From: Coleofasciculus sp. B1-GNL1-01
GTDB lineage: Bacteria > Cyanobacteriota > Cyanobacteriia > Cyanobacteriales > Coleofasciculaceae
Direction: 5' to 3' (one strand)
DNA length: 64,000 nucleotides
NCBI GenBank assembly: GCA_040220235.1
Contig: JAVJTO010000048.1
Below, in pieces: positions 20,780 through 30,312 of the stretch. Numbering within the stretch: the stretch's first letter is position 1; each line of letters begins with the position of its first letter. Both the position numbers and the translations under genes were made by a program. The notes beneath the pieces were generated by a model that did not search any database, was not told the DNA's origin, and was given only the letters and a program-made list of their open reading frames with translations.

Positions 20780-21100
20780 TTACGTTTTCGGCTGGGCTTC
20801 CCATTCCAACGTGATTTCCAGATTCGCTTTCCCCGATCCTTTGACAATCACCGCCGTCAATTGTCCCGCCTCGATCGCCATTTCCATACCAAATTTTACC
20901 GTCGCCTTCTTCGGTCTGGCTTTTTTCAGGGGGGCGGCGACCATCTGTACTACCCCCTCGATCGCATCAGCGACAGGCTGAAACTGCTTGGCGTCAAAGC
21001 TGACATCTTCTCGCCCCGTGGTTGTCACCTCAAATTTCGCGATCGCCCCATTGGGAAGTTCAACGGGAACGGTGTCACTGCGGGATTCGGCAAAGGTCAT
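20780..21100 (-). CDS. Trypsin-co-occurring (Trypco1/CU044_2847-like) small protein
   Basis: PKKATVKFGMEMAIEAGQLTAVIVKGSGKANLEITLEW; 3 nt upstream of the trypsin gene. Confidence 0.8.
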   Translation of the reverse strand: MTFAESRSDTVPVELPNGAIAKFEVTTTGREDVSFDAKQFQPVADAIEGVVQMVAAPLKKARPKKATVKFGMEMAIEAGQLTAVIVKGSGKANLEITLEWEAQPKT

Positions 21101-21310
21101 TTGATTCTCCTCAATGGGAAATGTAAGGGCTAAGGTTCCCTGACTACAAACTTGTTATGCCTATTTTAAGCTCAAGCTGACTTTTCAGGGGATCTAGAAA
21201 ACCTCTCTCCAAACCTCTCTCCTTGCAGGAGAGAGGCTTTGAATTCTCCCCCTTTCGTGTCACGCGATCGCATTCTAGAATTGCAACAGTAGACTTAAAA
21301 TAGTCATCAC

Positions 21311-22000
21311 TTGGGTGATATGGCAACTCTGACTCAGATTCGGGTACGAACATCGCCCGATCAAATTCCTCAATGGCAATCAGCAACCTGGGACGATTAC
21401 GTGGCGTGCTGCGCGGATGCTGAACAGTCCCAGGTTGACCATTTTAGAATCTTTTTTAATCAGGGCTACCTCTTTGTTGACATGGGCTGGGAAGGTATTA
21501 ATCACGCCAGATTTCGCGAACTCCTGACAATGTTAATTGCCTTCTGGTTTAGTCGTCAGCCAGAACAAACATTCGATTGTTTGGGAGGATGTATTCTCGA
21601 AAAACCAAAACAACGGGCGGCGTCTCCCGATCAGGTGGTGTATATTGGCGCAGAGTCTCCTCGTTGGCAAGTGGGAGAACCGCGACGGATTAATTTAAGA
21701 CAGTGGCGAGTTCCTGATTTAGTCTGTGAAGTGGGAGATACAACTTTAGCAACGGATTTGGATGAAAAAAAGCAAATTTATGCCCGCCTAGAAATTCCCG
21801 AATATTGGGTGATTGATGTATCAGCCGCCAGAGTGATAGCATTTTATCTGCAAGCTGATGGTCGATATCAACAAAGTCACGTCTCTAGGGCATTGGATGG
21901 GTTAGCGATCGCGTTAGTTGAACAAACTTTTGCCCGTCTTGAACAGGAAACCAACGGCGCGGCGGCTGTTTGGTTTGCCCAGCAGATTGCTAATCTCTAG
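21311..22000 (+). CDS. Uma2-family PD-(D/E)XK endonuclease
   Basis: SPD...PDLVCEV...K..IY..LEIPEYWVID; ATG at 21320 is the likely start. Confidence 0.85.
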   Translation: MGDMATLTQIRVRTSPDQIPQWQSATWDDYVACCADAEQSQVDHFRIFFNQGYLFVDMGWEGINHARFRELLTMLIAFWFSRQPEQTFDCLGGCILEKPKQRAASPDQVVYIGAESPRWQVGEPRRINLRQWRVPDLVCEVGDTTLATDLDEKKQIYARLEIPEYWVIDVSAARVIAFYLQADGRYQQSHVSRALDGLAIALVEQTFARLEQETNGAAAVWFAQQIANL

Positions 22001-22051
22001 AACATCCGTTCCATACATGAGTGTGAATCGCTTATAAATACACTTGGATTT

Positions 22052-22369
22052 ATGCAAAAATTAGAAAAGTTACCTATTGCACTCCCAAATGAAAAGATTA
22101 ATAGGTTTTGCCAGCAGCATCAAATCCGCAAACTATGGTTGTTTGGTTCTGTACTACGGGAAGATTTTTCGCCCGAAAGTGATATTGACATTTTGGTAGA
22201 GTTTTTACCTGAAGCTAAAGTAACATACTTTGACCTTGCCCAGATGGAAAGGGAACTCTCGCAAATGTTTAATGGTAGGCAGATTGACCTCCGCACTCCG
22301 GCAGAATTAAGTCCCTATTTTCGTCAGGATGTGTTAGAGACGGCGTTAATGCAGTATGTCAAAGATTGA
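22052..22369 (+). CDS. MNT minimal nucleotidyltransferase antitoxin (MntA-like, type VII TA)
   Basis: FGSVLREDFSPESDIDILV (GS-x10-DxD). Confidence 0.88.
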   Translation: MQKLEKLPIALPNEKINRFCQQHQIRKLWLFGSVLREDFSPESDIDILVEFLPEAKVTYFDLAQMERELSQMFNGRQIDLRTPAELSPYFRQDVLETALMQYVKD

Positions 22370-22700
22370 TGATCCTACTCGGCTAAAGCACATGAGGGAT
22401 GCCGCCGTTGAAGCACTGGGTTTTATCGCTGGATGTAATCGCCAGAGTTTGGACAATAACCGTATGTTAGTTTTTGCCCTCGTGAGAGCGATCGAAATTA
22501 TTGGTGAGGCAGCGGCAAATGTTTCATCGGATTGTCGGAATAAGTATCCACAAATTCCTTGGGTAGATATCATTGGAATGCGGAATCGTCTCGTCCATGC
22601 TTATTTTGATATTGACTTGGATATTCTCTGGAATACGGCGACTACTAAGCTGGAACCGTTAATTGAGCAGTTAGACAGTATTATCTCATTGGAGACCTAA
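22356..22700 (+). CDS. HEPN/DUF86 RNase toxin (HepT-like)
   Basis: EIIGEAA and RNRLVHAY (Rx4HxY); overlaps the MNT gene. Confidence 0.88.
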   Translation: MSKIDDPTRLKHMRDAAVEALGFIAGCNRQSLDNNRMLVFALVRAIEIIGEAAANVSSDCRNKYPQIPWVDIIGMRNRLVHAYFDIDLDILWNTATTKLEPLIEQLDSIISLET

Positions 22701-22966
22701 ATAATAACCAAAATATCAAAGCTCAAGTAAGAATGCAGCTTACTTGGTAAGTCTTTGAACCCGTTTTAACGGGTTTAAGCTTTTAGCCCCAACTTTAGTT
22801 GAGGGCTGATACTGGGTTATCACGGGGATAGCGTTCCCCGGATTTGGTAGGGAGCATGTCAAGCTTGCACAAAATGTCCAAGTTAGTTTGCTCTCGTTGG
22901 GTTTCGTTCCTCAACCCAACCTACAAAGGTGACTTCCAATTTGCTATAACTAAAGCATGACTCATT

Positions 22967-23854
22967 TCATCTCAATAGTCCCTTTATTTCTCGCCAAATC
23001 TGTGACTGATTAGATTGAACTCTGGGATGAGTTAAAACGCCCTGACTGGGACTAAATAAAAACGCCAGCATGAAAAATCCAAAGGTAACTAATACAATCG
23101 CCGGACCCGATGGTAAATTGAAAAAATAGCTCAAATACATCCCACTAATACTGGCAACAACGCCAATTCCTGACCCTAACAGCATCATCTGGTGCAACCT
23201 TGTCACCAATAAATAAGCCGTCGCCCCTGGGGTAATTAGCATGGCTAAGACTAAAATCACGCCAACTGCTTTGAGACTGGCGACGATGGTTAAAGCAATT
23301 AAAATCATTAAGCCAAAGTTGAGTAAATTTGTCGGTAATCCGGCTGCTTTTGCACCTACGGGGTCAAAGGTATAATACATTAATTCTTTATACAGCAATA
23401 AAACAATGGCGAGAACAATGGCGGTAATTATAGCTGTATTGATCACTTCCTCGTTTGTAACACTGAGGATATTGCCAAATAAAAAGTGATTTAGGTCAAT
23501 CTTATTGTCTTTTTGAATAACTGTAATTAAGGTAATCCCAAGGGCAAAGAATGCGGAAAAGACAATCCCCATCGCCGCATCTTCTTTAATCTGCGATCGC
23601 GTCCTAATCCAGGTAATGACAAGGGTACTGACAATACCCGCCAAGAACGCCCCTAGAAAGATATCCACACCCACAATATAAGCGATCGCTAATCCGGGTA
23701 ATACGGAATGACTGATCGCATCACCGAGTAAGGCGAGGCGTTGTACCATCAGGTAGCTTCCTACCGAGGCGCAGACGATTCCCACCAAGACGGCTGTCAT
23801 GAGCGATCGCTGCATAAAACTGTATTGCAAGGGTTCAATTAAAAGGTCAAGCAT
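22967..23854 (-). CDS. mntB: Mn/Zn ABC transporter permease
   Basis: GDAISHSVLPG, EDAAMG, LFGNIL. Confidence 0.88.
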   Translation of the reverse strand: MLDLLIEPLQYSFMQRSLMTAVLVGIVCASVGSYLMVQRLALLGDAISHSVLPGLAIAYIVGVDIFLGAFLAGIVSTLVITWIRTRSQIKEDAAMGIVFSAFFALGITLITVIQKDNKIDLNHFLFGNILSVTNEEVINTAIITAIVLAIVLLLYKELMYYTFDPVGAKAAGLPTNLLNFGLMILIALTIVASLKAVGVILVLAMLITPGATAYLLVTRLHQMMLLGSGIGVVASISGMYLSYFFNLPSGPAIVLVTFGFFMLAFLFSPSQGVLTHPRVQSNQSQIWREIKGLLR

Positions 23855-24010
23855 TATTTGTCATTCGTTATTCGTCATTCGTTATTTGTTAAATTCATCA
23901 AACGTTAGCCAGGGCGGGTTTTGTAGAAACGTTAACACAAACAATCAATATTAGTCCCTAAACCCGCCCCTACAAACCCGGACATTTGCGCGAAGCGAAG
24001 GGTCAAAAGT

Positions 24011-24802
24011 TTAAGCGGCGTCTGAGAAAAATACAACCTGACCTCCATACGCCCGTTGTAGGTTATTTGCCTGCATGACTTGTTGGCGGGAACCTGAGGC
24101 GATTAATTCCCGATTCAATAAAATTAAATCATCAAAATTGGTAATGGCTTCTCCTAAATCATGGTGAACCACTAACACGGTTTTCCCGGAATCGGCTAAT
24201 TCGTGGAGAATCTCAAAAATAACGGCTTCGGTTTTTTTATCAATTCCCGCCATGGGTTCATCAAAACAGAAAATATCCGCTTCTTCAGCTAATGCTTTGG
24301 CGAGAAAGACGCGCTGCTGTTGTCCCCCGGATAATTGCCCAATTGGGCGATCGCGAAATTCACTCATCCCCACCCGCGCTAATGACTGGGCTGCAATTCG
24401 CCGGGATACGGTGGAGAAACGCCGAAACCATCCCGTCTTGCGTATCCGCCCCATTAATACCACATCCCACACGGTTGCAGGGTATGTCCAATCAATCTGC
24501 GATCGCTGGGGTACATAGGCGATCCTGTCTAACTGATCCATCATCGGTTTCCCCTGATACATGGCTGTACCACAGCTAGTCTGCACTAACCCCAGTATCG
24601 CTTTCATCAGCGTACTTTTTCCCGCACCATTGGGACCAATAATTCCCGTCAGTCGCCCCGGTTGAATCTGACAGGTGATATCTTTTAGCGCCTCCACGAA
24701 ACGGTACTGCACACTCAGATGCCCAATCCGTATGGGTTCCTGGCTGGTAAGGGTTGGGTTTTGGGGAGTGCGATCGTTTTGCGTAAAGATAAGCGTTGAC
24801 AT
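24011..24802 (-). CDS. mntA: Mn/Zn ABC transporter ATP-binding protein
   Basis: GPNGAGKST, LSGGQQQRV, VHHD; ATG at 24802 preferred because the longer ORF runs through the promoter. Confidence 0.88.
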   Translation of the reverse strand: MSTLIFTQNDRTPQNPTLTSQEPIRIGHLSVQYRFVEALKDITCQIQPGRLTGIIGPNGAGKSTLMKAILGLVQTSCGTAMYQGKPMMDQLDRIAYVPQRSQIDWTYPATVWDVVLMGRIRKTGWFRRFSTVSRRIAAQSLARVGMSEFRDRPIGQLSGGQQQRVFLAKALAEEADIFCFDEPMAGIDKKTEAVIFEILHELADSGKTVLVVHHDLGEAITNFDDLILLNRELIASGSRQQVMQANNLQRAYGGQVVFFSDAA

Positions 24803-24826
24803 GATTAAACCGGGTAGACTCCAGAA

Positions 24827-24879
24827 AATGAAACGAATATGAAAATATTGTATCCTCAAAAATGAAAACAATATGAAAA
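24827..24879. promoter_or_regulatory. Two ManR-type direct-repeat boxes
   Basis: aATGAAAc-gaa-tATGAAAa (24827-24845) and aATGAAAa-caa-tATGAAAa (24861-24879) between divergent mntA and mntC. Confidence 0.7.
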
Positions 24880-24895
24880 CCACTATATAAACTCA

Positions 24896-26059
24896 ATGAA
24901 TGGAATGACTCACTCGCAGGGTAGAACTCAGTTGCAGGGGTGTACAGGTGTAGGGGCGGGTTTGACGGCTAACCAGAACCAACACACCAATACCTTGACT
25001 AAACCCGCCCTGCTTGGGGGAAAGGGTAGTTCACATCGGTTGGGTAGAGCGATCGCGAAATCCGACAGGCTTCCTCATCGGAGTTGGGTTTCGTTCCTCA
25101 ACCCAACCTACAACAATGGAATATTTGCGCTGGCTGGGGTGATGCTGGGACTTTGGCTGAGTGGCTGTGAGGCGACAAATCCGACTCTTTCAGGAACCGA
25201 TGCAGAGGATAAACCTAACGTTGTCGCTACCAGTACCATTATTGCCGACTGGACTGAACAAGTGGGGGGAGACGAGATTGAATTAACCGGAATCCTGGAA
25301 CCTGGTGCTGATCCGCACGTTTACGAACCCGTACCTGCTGATACCATAGCCTTAGAACAAGCCGATTTGATTCTCTACAACGGGTATAACTTAGAACCCG
25401 CACTGATTAAACTGATGCAATCAGCCGGGGTAAATGCTAAAACCTTTGCGGTTGGGGAAGTTGTTACCTCCTTAGACTTTGAATATCAAGGAGAAACCGA
25501 ACCTGATCCTCATGTTTGGGGAGATGCAGACCATGGGATTAAAATGGTCAATGCCATACGCGATCGCTTAATTGAATTATCACCAGAAGACAAAGACGAA
25601 TTTACCGCCAACGCCGCCCAACTCACGGCTGAATTAGAACAAGTAGATACCTGGATTACCCAGCAGATTCAAACCATCCCCGTGAATCAGCGTAAACTGG
25701 TTACCACCCATGACGCCTTTCAATATTATGCTCAGGCTTATGGATTAGAAGTAATTGGCACACTAATCGGAATTAGCACCGAAGAACAACCCAGCGCCCA
25801 AACCGTGAAAACCCTATCCGATGCGGTGAAAGAAGCCGGAGTTCCGGCTATTTTTGCTGAAACTACAATTAACCCCGCCCTAATTGAAACCGTTGCGGAA
25901 GAAGCGGGAGTTAAACTAGCCCCATCCGAACTCTATTCCGATTCCCTCGGCGCACCTGGAAGTGAAGCGGATACTTATGTGAAAATGTTGATTACCAATA
26001 CCCGTACTATTGTCGAAGCCTTGGGAGGCGATTATCAAGCATTTCTGGATGATGGATGA
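24896..26059 (+). CDS. mntC: Mn/Zn ABC transporter substrate-binding lipoprotein
   Basis: Lipobox LSGC, DPHVYEP, DPHVW, HDAFQY; start uncertain because the 5' part contains REP repeats. Confidence 0.88.
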   Translation: MNGMTHSQGRTQLQGCTGVGAGLTANQNQHTNTLTKPALLGGKGSSHRLGRAIAKSDRLPHRSWVSFLNPTYNNGIFALAGVMLGLWLSGCEATNPTLSGTDAEDKPNVVATSTIIADWTEQVGGDEIELTGILEPGADPHVYEPVPADTIALEQADLILYNGYNLEPALIKLMQSAGVNAKTFAVGEVVTSLDFEYQGETEPDPHVWGDADHGIKMVNAIRDRLIELSPEDKDEFTANAAQLTAELEQVDTWITQQIQTIPVNQRKLVTTHDAFQYYAQAYGLEVIGTLIGISTEEQPSAQTVKTLSDAVKEAGVPAIFAETTINPALIETVAEEAGVKLAPSELYSDSLGAPGSEADTYVKMLITNTRTIVEALGGDYQAFLDDG

Positions 26060-26186
26060 TGGACAAAATGGATTAGTGGATCAGCTAATTTGATAGTGAT
26101 ACCATGGCGTAGCACAGCTAGAATAGTGGAATAGATTGTTAATGAAAATGATGCATTAAACCCCACAAAATTAAAGGATAAATAGC

Positions 26187-26483
26187 ATGAAAACTTTCAC
26201 AGAAGTTAAAGATATTTTTCGTGAATACAAACCAATCCTTTTGCAAAAATATAATTGGTTGAGCGAATTGGGGATTTTTGGTTCTTATGTGAGAGGAGAA
26301 CAAAATGAAGAAAGTGATATTGATGTGTTAATTGATTATACAGAAGCACCTGACTTAATTGAATTAATTGATTTTGAATACTATCTCAGCGATAATCTGG
26401 GCATAAAAGTTGATGTAGTAACGAAAAATGGATTAAAACCCAGACTAAAAGAGCGAATTTTGTCGGAAGTGGTTTATGTATGA
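26187..26483 (+). CDS. MNT nucleotidyltransferase antitoxin
   Basis: FGSYVRGEQNEESDIDVL. Confidence 0.85.
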   Translation: MKTFTEVKDIFREYKPILLQKYNWLSELGIFGSYVRGEQNEESDIDVLIDYTEAPDLIELIDFEYYLSDNLGIKVDVVTKNGLKPRLKERILSEVVYV

Positions 26484-26605
26484 CAAAACGAGAATTAGAG
26501 GATTTTATTGAAGATATTTTAGATGCCATTGCAGCGGTAGAACGATTCCTGGCAGGGATAAGCTTTGAAGATTTTACCCAAAATGAGGAGAAAATTTTTA
26601 GTTGA
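26480..26605 (+). pseudogene. Truncated HEPN/DUF86 toxin
   Basis: ATGA overlap with MNT; MTKRELEDFIEDILDAIAAVERFLAGISFEDFTQNEEKIFS* is a DUF86 N-terminus without the RNase motif. Confidence 0.75.
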
Positions 26606-26621
26606 CTCCCTGGAACATCGC

Positions 26622-27227
26622 TCACCCAGCTTCCTGTATCATCCACACCAAAAACCCTAAAATTTGCTCCACAGGTGGCAGAGGATAATCAATTAAATCA
26701 ATGGTTACGGTTTGTCCTTCTAGCTTAAGGAATCGCCATTGAGTCCCACTACTAACCGCACCATAAATTGTGTAAATAGGTGTTTGCTTTGCCTGATTAA
26801 ATCTTTGTGCGGCAACCATTTCAGCAATACATTGCCCAAATCCTGTTCTCAAATCTGCTTTTTTTGCCTCGATAATAATCACGACTGGCGCTTCAATTTC
26901 TAGAAGTTCCTCAGAACGACTCAAGAGAAAATCACATCGTCCATTAAGTCCAAGTGATTCATCAACGGTAAAATCCTCCCCGGAAAATAAGCTGACCTGT
27001 CGTTGCAGGATACGCCGAACTTCCAGCAAAACTGGATAAATAATGCCTTCCGAACGCGCTTTTTCACTAGCCGATGCTGCTAAAGGTAAACTTTCTTCTA
27101 AAAAGGATGTCAGGGTTGGGGACGGTTGAATGGGTTCAATATCTGGCAAAAAGTGAATCCCTTCGGCTGTGGTTAAATTAAACGCTTCTTTGACTTTACC
27201 AATAGTAGTAAATTGACTGTAGGGCAT
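26622..27227 (-). CDS. Conserved cyanobacterial PD-(D/E)XK-like protein
   Basis: CDFLL...IIEAKK...GQCIAEMVAAQ...YGAVSSGTQWRF. Confidence 0.7.
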   Translation of the reverse strand: MPYSQFTTIGKVKEAFNLTTAEGIHFLPDIEPIQPSPTLTSFLEESLPLAASASEKARSEGIIYPVLLEVRRILQRQVSLFSGEDFTVDESLGLNGRCDFLLSRSEELLEIEAPVVIIIEAKKADLRTGFGQCIAEMVAAQRFNQAKQTPIYTIYGAVSSGTQWRFLKLEGQTVTIDLIDYPLPPVEQILGFLVWMIQEAG

Positions 27228-27247
27228 AGCTGAATAGTGATAAGGAC

Positions 27248-27490
27248 AGGTTTTGTGGTTCAGCTATTGGTGGGGAGGGCGGGTTTTGTTGTTTCGTTAT
27301 TGGTGGGAAGGGCGGGTTTTGTTGTTCCGTTATTGGTGAGGAGGGCGGGTTTTGTTGTTCCGTTATTGGTGGGAAGGGCGGGTTTTGTTGTTTCGTTATT
27401 GGTGGATATTTGAATTGATTCCCTAAACCCGCCCCTACGATTGATTCCCTAAACCCGCCCCTACAATTGTCCCTAAACCCGCCCCTATAC
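27248..27490. repeat. Tandemly amplified REP arms (about 33-bp units x4-5, then ccctaaacccgcccctac x3)
   Basis: Direct inspection; similar array at 43610-43790. Confidence 0.8.
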
Positions 27491-27507
27491 ATGACAAATG
27501 ACAAATT

Positions 27508-28356
27508 CTAACGCCGTCTTCTTCCCATCGAACGCCGACGGCTGCCAAAACTGCTACCAAAACGACTGGAACGATTCATCCGTGTCGAACTCGATTTATT
27601 AGAACGGCGCAAATTACTAGAACCGAAACCTGAACCTGTCGCCCGATTACCTTTTTGGCGATTTTTGCTAGCCGTTGGTGATGAATTAGAGGAACGTCTT
27701 AATTGACCTGTACTGCGGAACGTTTGACGATTTTTTACCGCAGGTGGGGGTTGATTATGACGGGCTTGATATCGGTCTACCGCTTGCGAGTAGGTGCTTC
27801 CATATCCACCATATCCAGTCATAATTCCACCATGATAAACCGGGGGTACATAATAGCTGGGTCGAAATAATAAACTCCCCAAGGCTTGACCCGCCAAGGC
27901 ACCTGCAAATGGTGTCCAAAAACTGGATTCTCGACGTACAATTACCGTTTCCGGTTGACCCGTTTGCGGATTCGTTTGGGTTTCGGTAACGTTATGCACA
28001 TATTCAATCCGAAAGTCTTCACTTAAGTGCATATCGGCTTGACCATTTTCGATTTGCACGTATGTCTTTTCACCTGATGCTAATTCCTCATCGGTGAGAC
28101 GGGCTAAGCGCAAATCGGGACTACGCAACACAGGGGGTGTACCGGGTGGTGTATTTAGCAACATCAGGCTATATTCACCACTGACATCATCATAAGTGGC
28201 TTGCTGAACCGGATATTTCCCATCACTGAACTGCTGGTCATTTGAGGTAACATTGACCGTCTGATTTGGGCTTTGGGCGACAGAAGGCGAACCACAGGCT
28301 AGGGTGGTTAAACACAATGCCAAAGACATGAAAAGGATAATAAATTTTCGCAGCAT
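27508..28356 (-). CDS. Hypothetical lipoprotein with Ser/Arg-rich tail
   Basis: Signal peptide with LACG lipobox; SFWTPFAGALAG; low-complexity C-terminus. Confidence 0.7.
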   Translation of the reverse strand: MLRKFIILFMSLALCLTTLACGSPSVAQSPNQTVNVTSNDQQFSDGKYPVQQATYDDVSGEYSLMLLNTPPGTPPVLRSPDLRLARLTDEELASGEKTYVQIENGQADMHLSEDFRIEYVHNVTETQTNPQTGQPETVIVRRESSFWTPFAGALAGQALGSLLFRPSYYVPPVYHGGIMTGYGGYGSTYSQAVDRYQARHNQPPPAVKNRQTFRSTGQLRRSSNSSPTASKNRQKGNRATGSGFGSSNLRRSNKSSSTRMNRSSRFGSSFGSRRRSMGRRRR

Positions 28357-28426
28357 ATCAGAACATTATTGAATTAGGTGATTCATTCGGGATTCAGCTC
28401 ATCCCACGCCTTGCTAAAATAGCACA

Positions 28427-29293
28427 ATGCAACAGATCACAGGGACAACTAAACTCTTAGGTGTAATTGGTCATCCGGTGGAGCATTCTCTATCACCAAT
28501 TATGCACAATCGCGCGATCGCACAGTTGGGTGTGGATTATGTCTATCTCCCTCTCCCCGTCAAACCGGAGGATTTAGCTGTCGCCGTGGCGGGGTTTGCG
28601 GCGATAGGATTGCAAGGCTTTAATATCACGATTCCCCATAAACAAGCGATTATCCCCCTGTTAGCCGAGGTATCCGATATCGCCCAACTGGTGGGTGCAG
28701 TGAACACCGTTTGGCGTACCGATAAAGGCTGGAGTGGGACAAATACTGATGTTTTAGGATTTATCGCCCCCCTGAACCAATATCCGCGAGATTGGCATCA
28801 AACTAAGGCGGTAGTATTAGGCTATGGTGGTGCAGCCCGCGCCGTTGTCGTGGGTTGTATGCAGTTAGGGTGTCCAGAGATTTGGGTTGTTGGTCGCAAT
28901 CCCTATAAACTAAGTCAGTTTCAGCAAAGTTGGGCAAATACTCCCTTATCTAAGATTCTCCAGGCTTATCCCTGGGAAGAACTCCCCCAATTACTACAAC
29001 AAGCTGATTTACTGGTGAATACCACACCTGTAGGGATGCATCCTCATGTCGATCAATCCCCTGTCGATGAACAGACAATGCAAGGATTACCCAAAGGTGC
29101 GATCGCCTATGATTTAATTTACACCCCCAATCCCACCAAATTTCTCCAACAAGCCAAACAACAAGGCGCGAATCCCATTGACGGCTTAGAAATGTTAGTC
29201 CAACAAGGTGCAGCCGCCTTAGAAATTTGGTTAAAACAAACACCACCCGTTGATATCATGCGAGAATCCTTACAACAAAAATTAGGCTTGTAG
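28427..29293 (+). CDS. aroE: Shikimate dehydrogenase
   Basis: HSLSP, NITIPHK, GAVNT, NTD, GYGGAA, MLVQQG. Confidence 0.95.
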   Translation: MQQITGTTKLLGVIGHPVEHSLSPIMHNRAIAQLGVDYVYLPLPVKPEDLAVAVAGFAAIGLQGFNITIPHKQAIIPLLAEVSDIAQLVGAVNTVWRTDKGWSGTNTDVLGFIAPLNQYPRDWHQTKAVVLGYGGAARAVVVGCMQLGCPEIWVVGRNPYKLSQFQQSWANTPLSKILQAYPWEELPQLLQQADLLVNTTPVGMHPHVDQSPVDEQTMQGLPKGAIAYDLIYTPNPTKFLQQAKQQGANPIDGLEMLVQQGAAALEIWLKQTPPVDIMRESLQQKLGL

Positions 29294-29391
29294 GCTTGTA
29301 GTTGCGCTTTAGCGCCTCAAATGTTCGCATCGTTTACGACAAACACCGAAAATAATACCAAGCAACCGCCATGGCTGTTAGGACACATCAT

Positions 29392-30312
29392 TTATGTAGA
29401 GACGCGCCATGGCGCGTCTCTACAATGGTGCTTAAATAAAAAACGCAACGCCTCAACAATTTGATTCACCGCATCCTCCTGCACAAAATGACCCGCACCT
29501 GAAAGAATAACCGTTTTAGACTTCTGAAAAACCTGCTGAAAACGCAAACGCTGACTCGCCCGAAACGCCGGATCGCGATCGCCCCACAAAATCAATGCTG
29601 GCTTATCCGCCAAACGAGAGAGACTTTGGCTAACCTGTTGCAGAAATAAATCACTTTTGAGAATCTCTCTAGCAAAAATATGAGTCGGTTCCCTCGAACT
29701 TGGCGTCGGAAAGGGAGCGCGATAATGGTGCATGAGGACGCGATCGCAACACTGGCGCTGGATTCCCACAGGAATGATCCAATTCACAAAAGCATTGAAA
29801 CGGCGAATCAAGACACCACCCAGCGCACCTCCAAAGAATCGGGAAAATCCGGCTAACAGTAGGTTATCATCAACAGCCCAAGCAAACGTATTCGCGATCG
29901 CAAACCCCCGGAAACGCTGCGGTTGTTTTCCCGCCACACCCAAACCAATGGGTCCCCCCCAGTCGTGGACGAACAAAATAATCTCTTGCAAGTCAAGTTG
30001 ATTAATAAACTCCTCGATCACCCATGCATGTTCTTGAGGAGTGAACCCATATCCCGCCGCCGCTTCGGAAAGTCCAAACCCTGGATAATCAACAGCAACA
30101 CAGCGAAAGTCAGCTTTTAACTCGGCAATAATATGGCGATAGAGAAAAGACCAGGTAGGATTGCCATGCAAAAATAAAAGGGTAGCACCACTACCTTCAT
30201 CAACATAGTGAACCCGATGACCTTCAATCTCAACAAAGCGAGACGTGAAGGGAAATTGGCGGCGGTCAAGCCAAGGGGGATGGCGGTTGTCACGGGGAAG
30301 GGTTTCTATCAT
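29392..30312 (-). CDS. Alpha/beta hydrolase, haloalkane dehalogenase-like
   Basis: LHGNPTWS, HDWGGP, GHFVQED. Confidence 0.85.
   Translation of the reverse strand: MIETLPRDNRHPPWLDRRQFPFTSRFVEIEGHRVHYVDEGSGATLLFLHGNPTWSFLYRHIIAELKADFRCVAVDYPGFGLSEAAAGYGFTPQEHAWVIEEFINQLDLQEIILFVHDWGGPIGLGVAGKQPQRFRGFAIANTFAWAVDDNLLLAGFSRFFGGALGGVLIRRFNAFVNWIIPVGIQRQCCDRVLMHHYRAPFPTPSSREPTHIFAREILKSDLFLQQVSQSLSRLADKPALILWGDRDPAFRASQRLRFQQVFQKSKTVILSGAGHFVQEDAVNQIVEALRFLFKHHCRDAPWRVST

Noticed and set aside
27196..27504. Repetitive ORF / CRISPR-like array
   Set aside because: Units are contiguous tandem REP arms without unique spacers, and there are no cas genes
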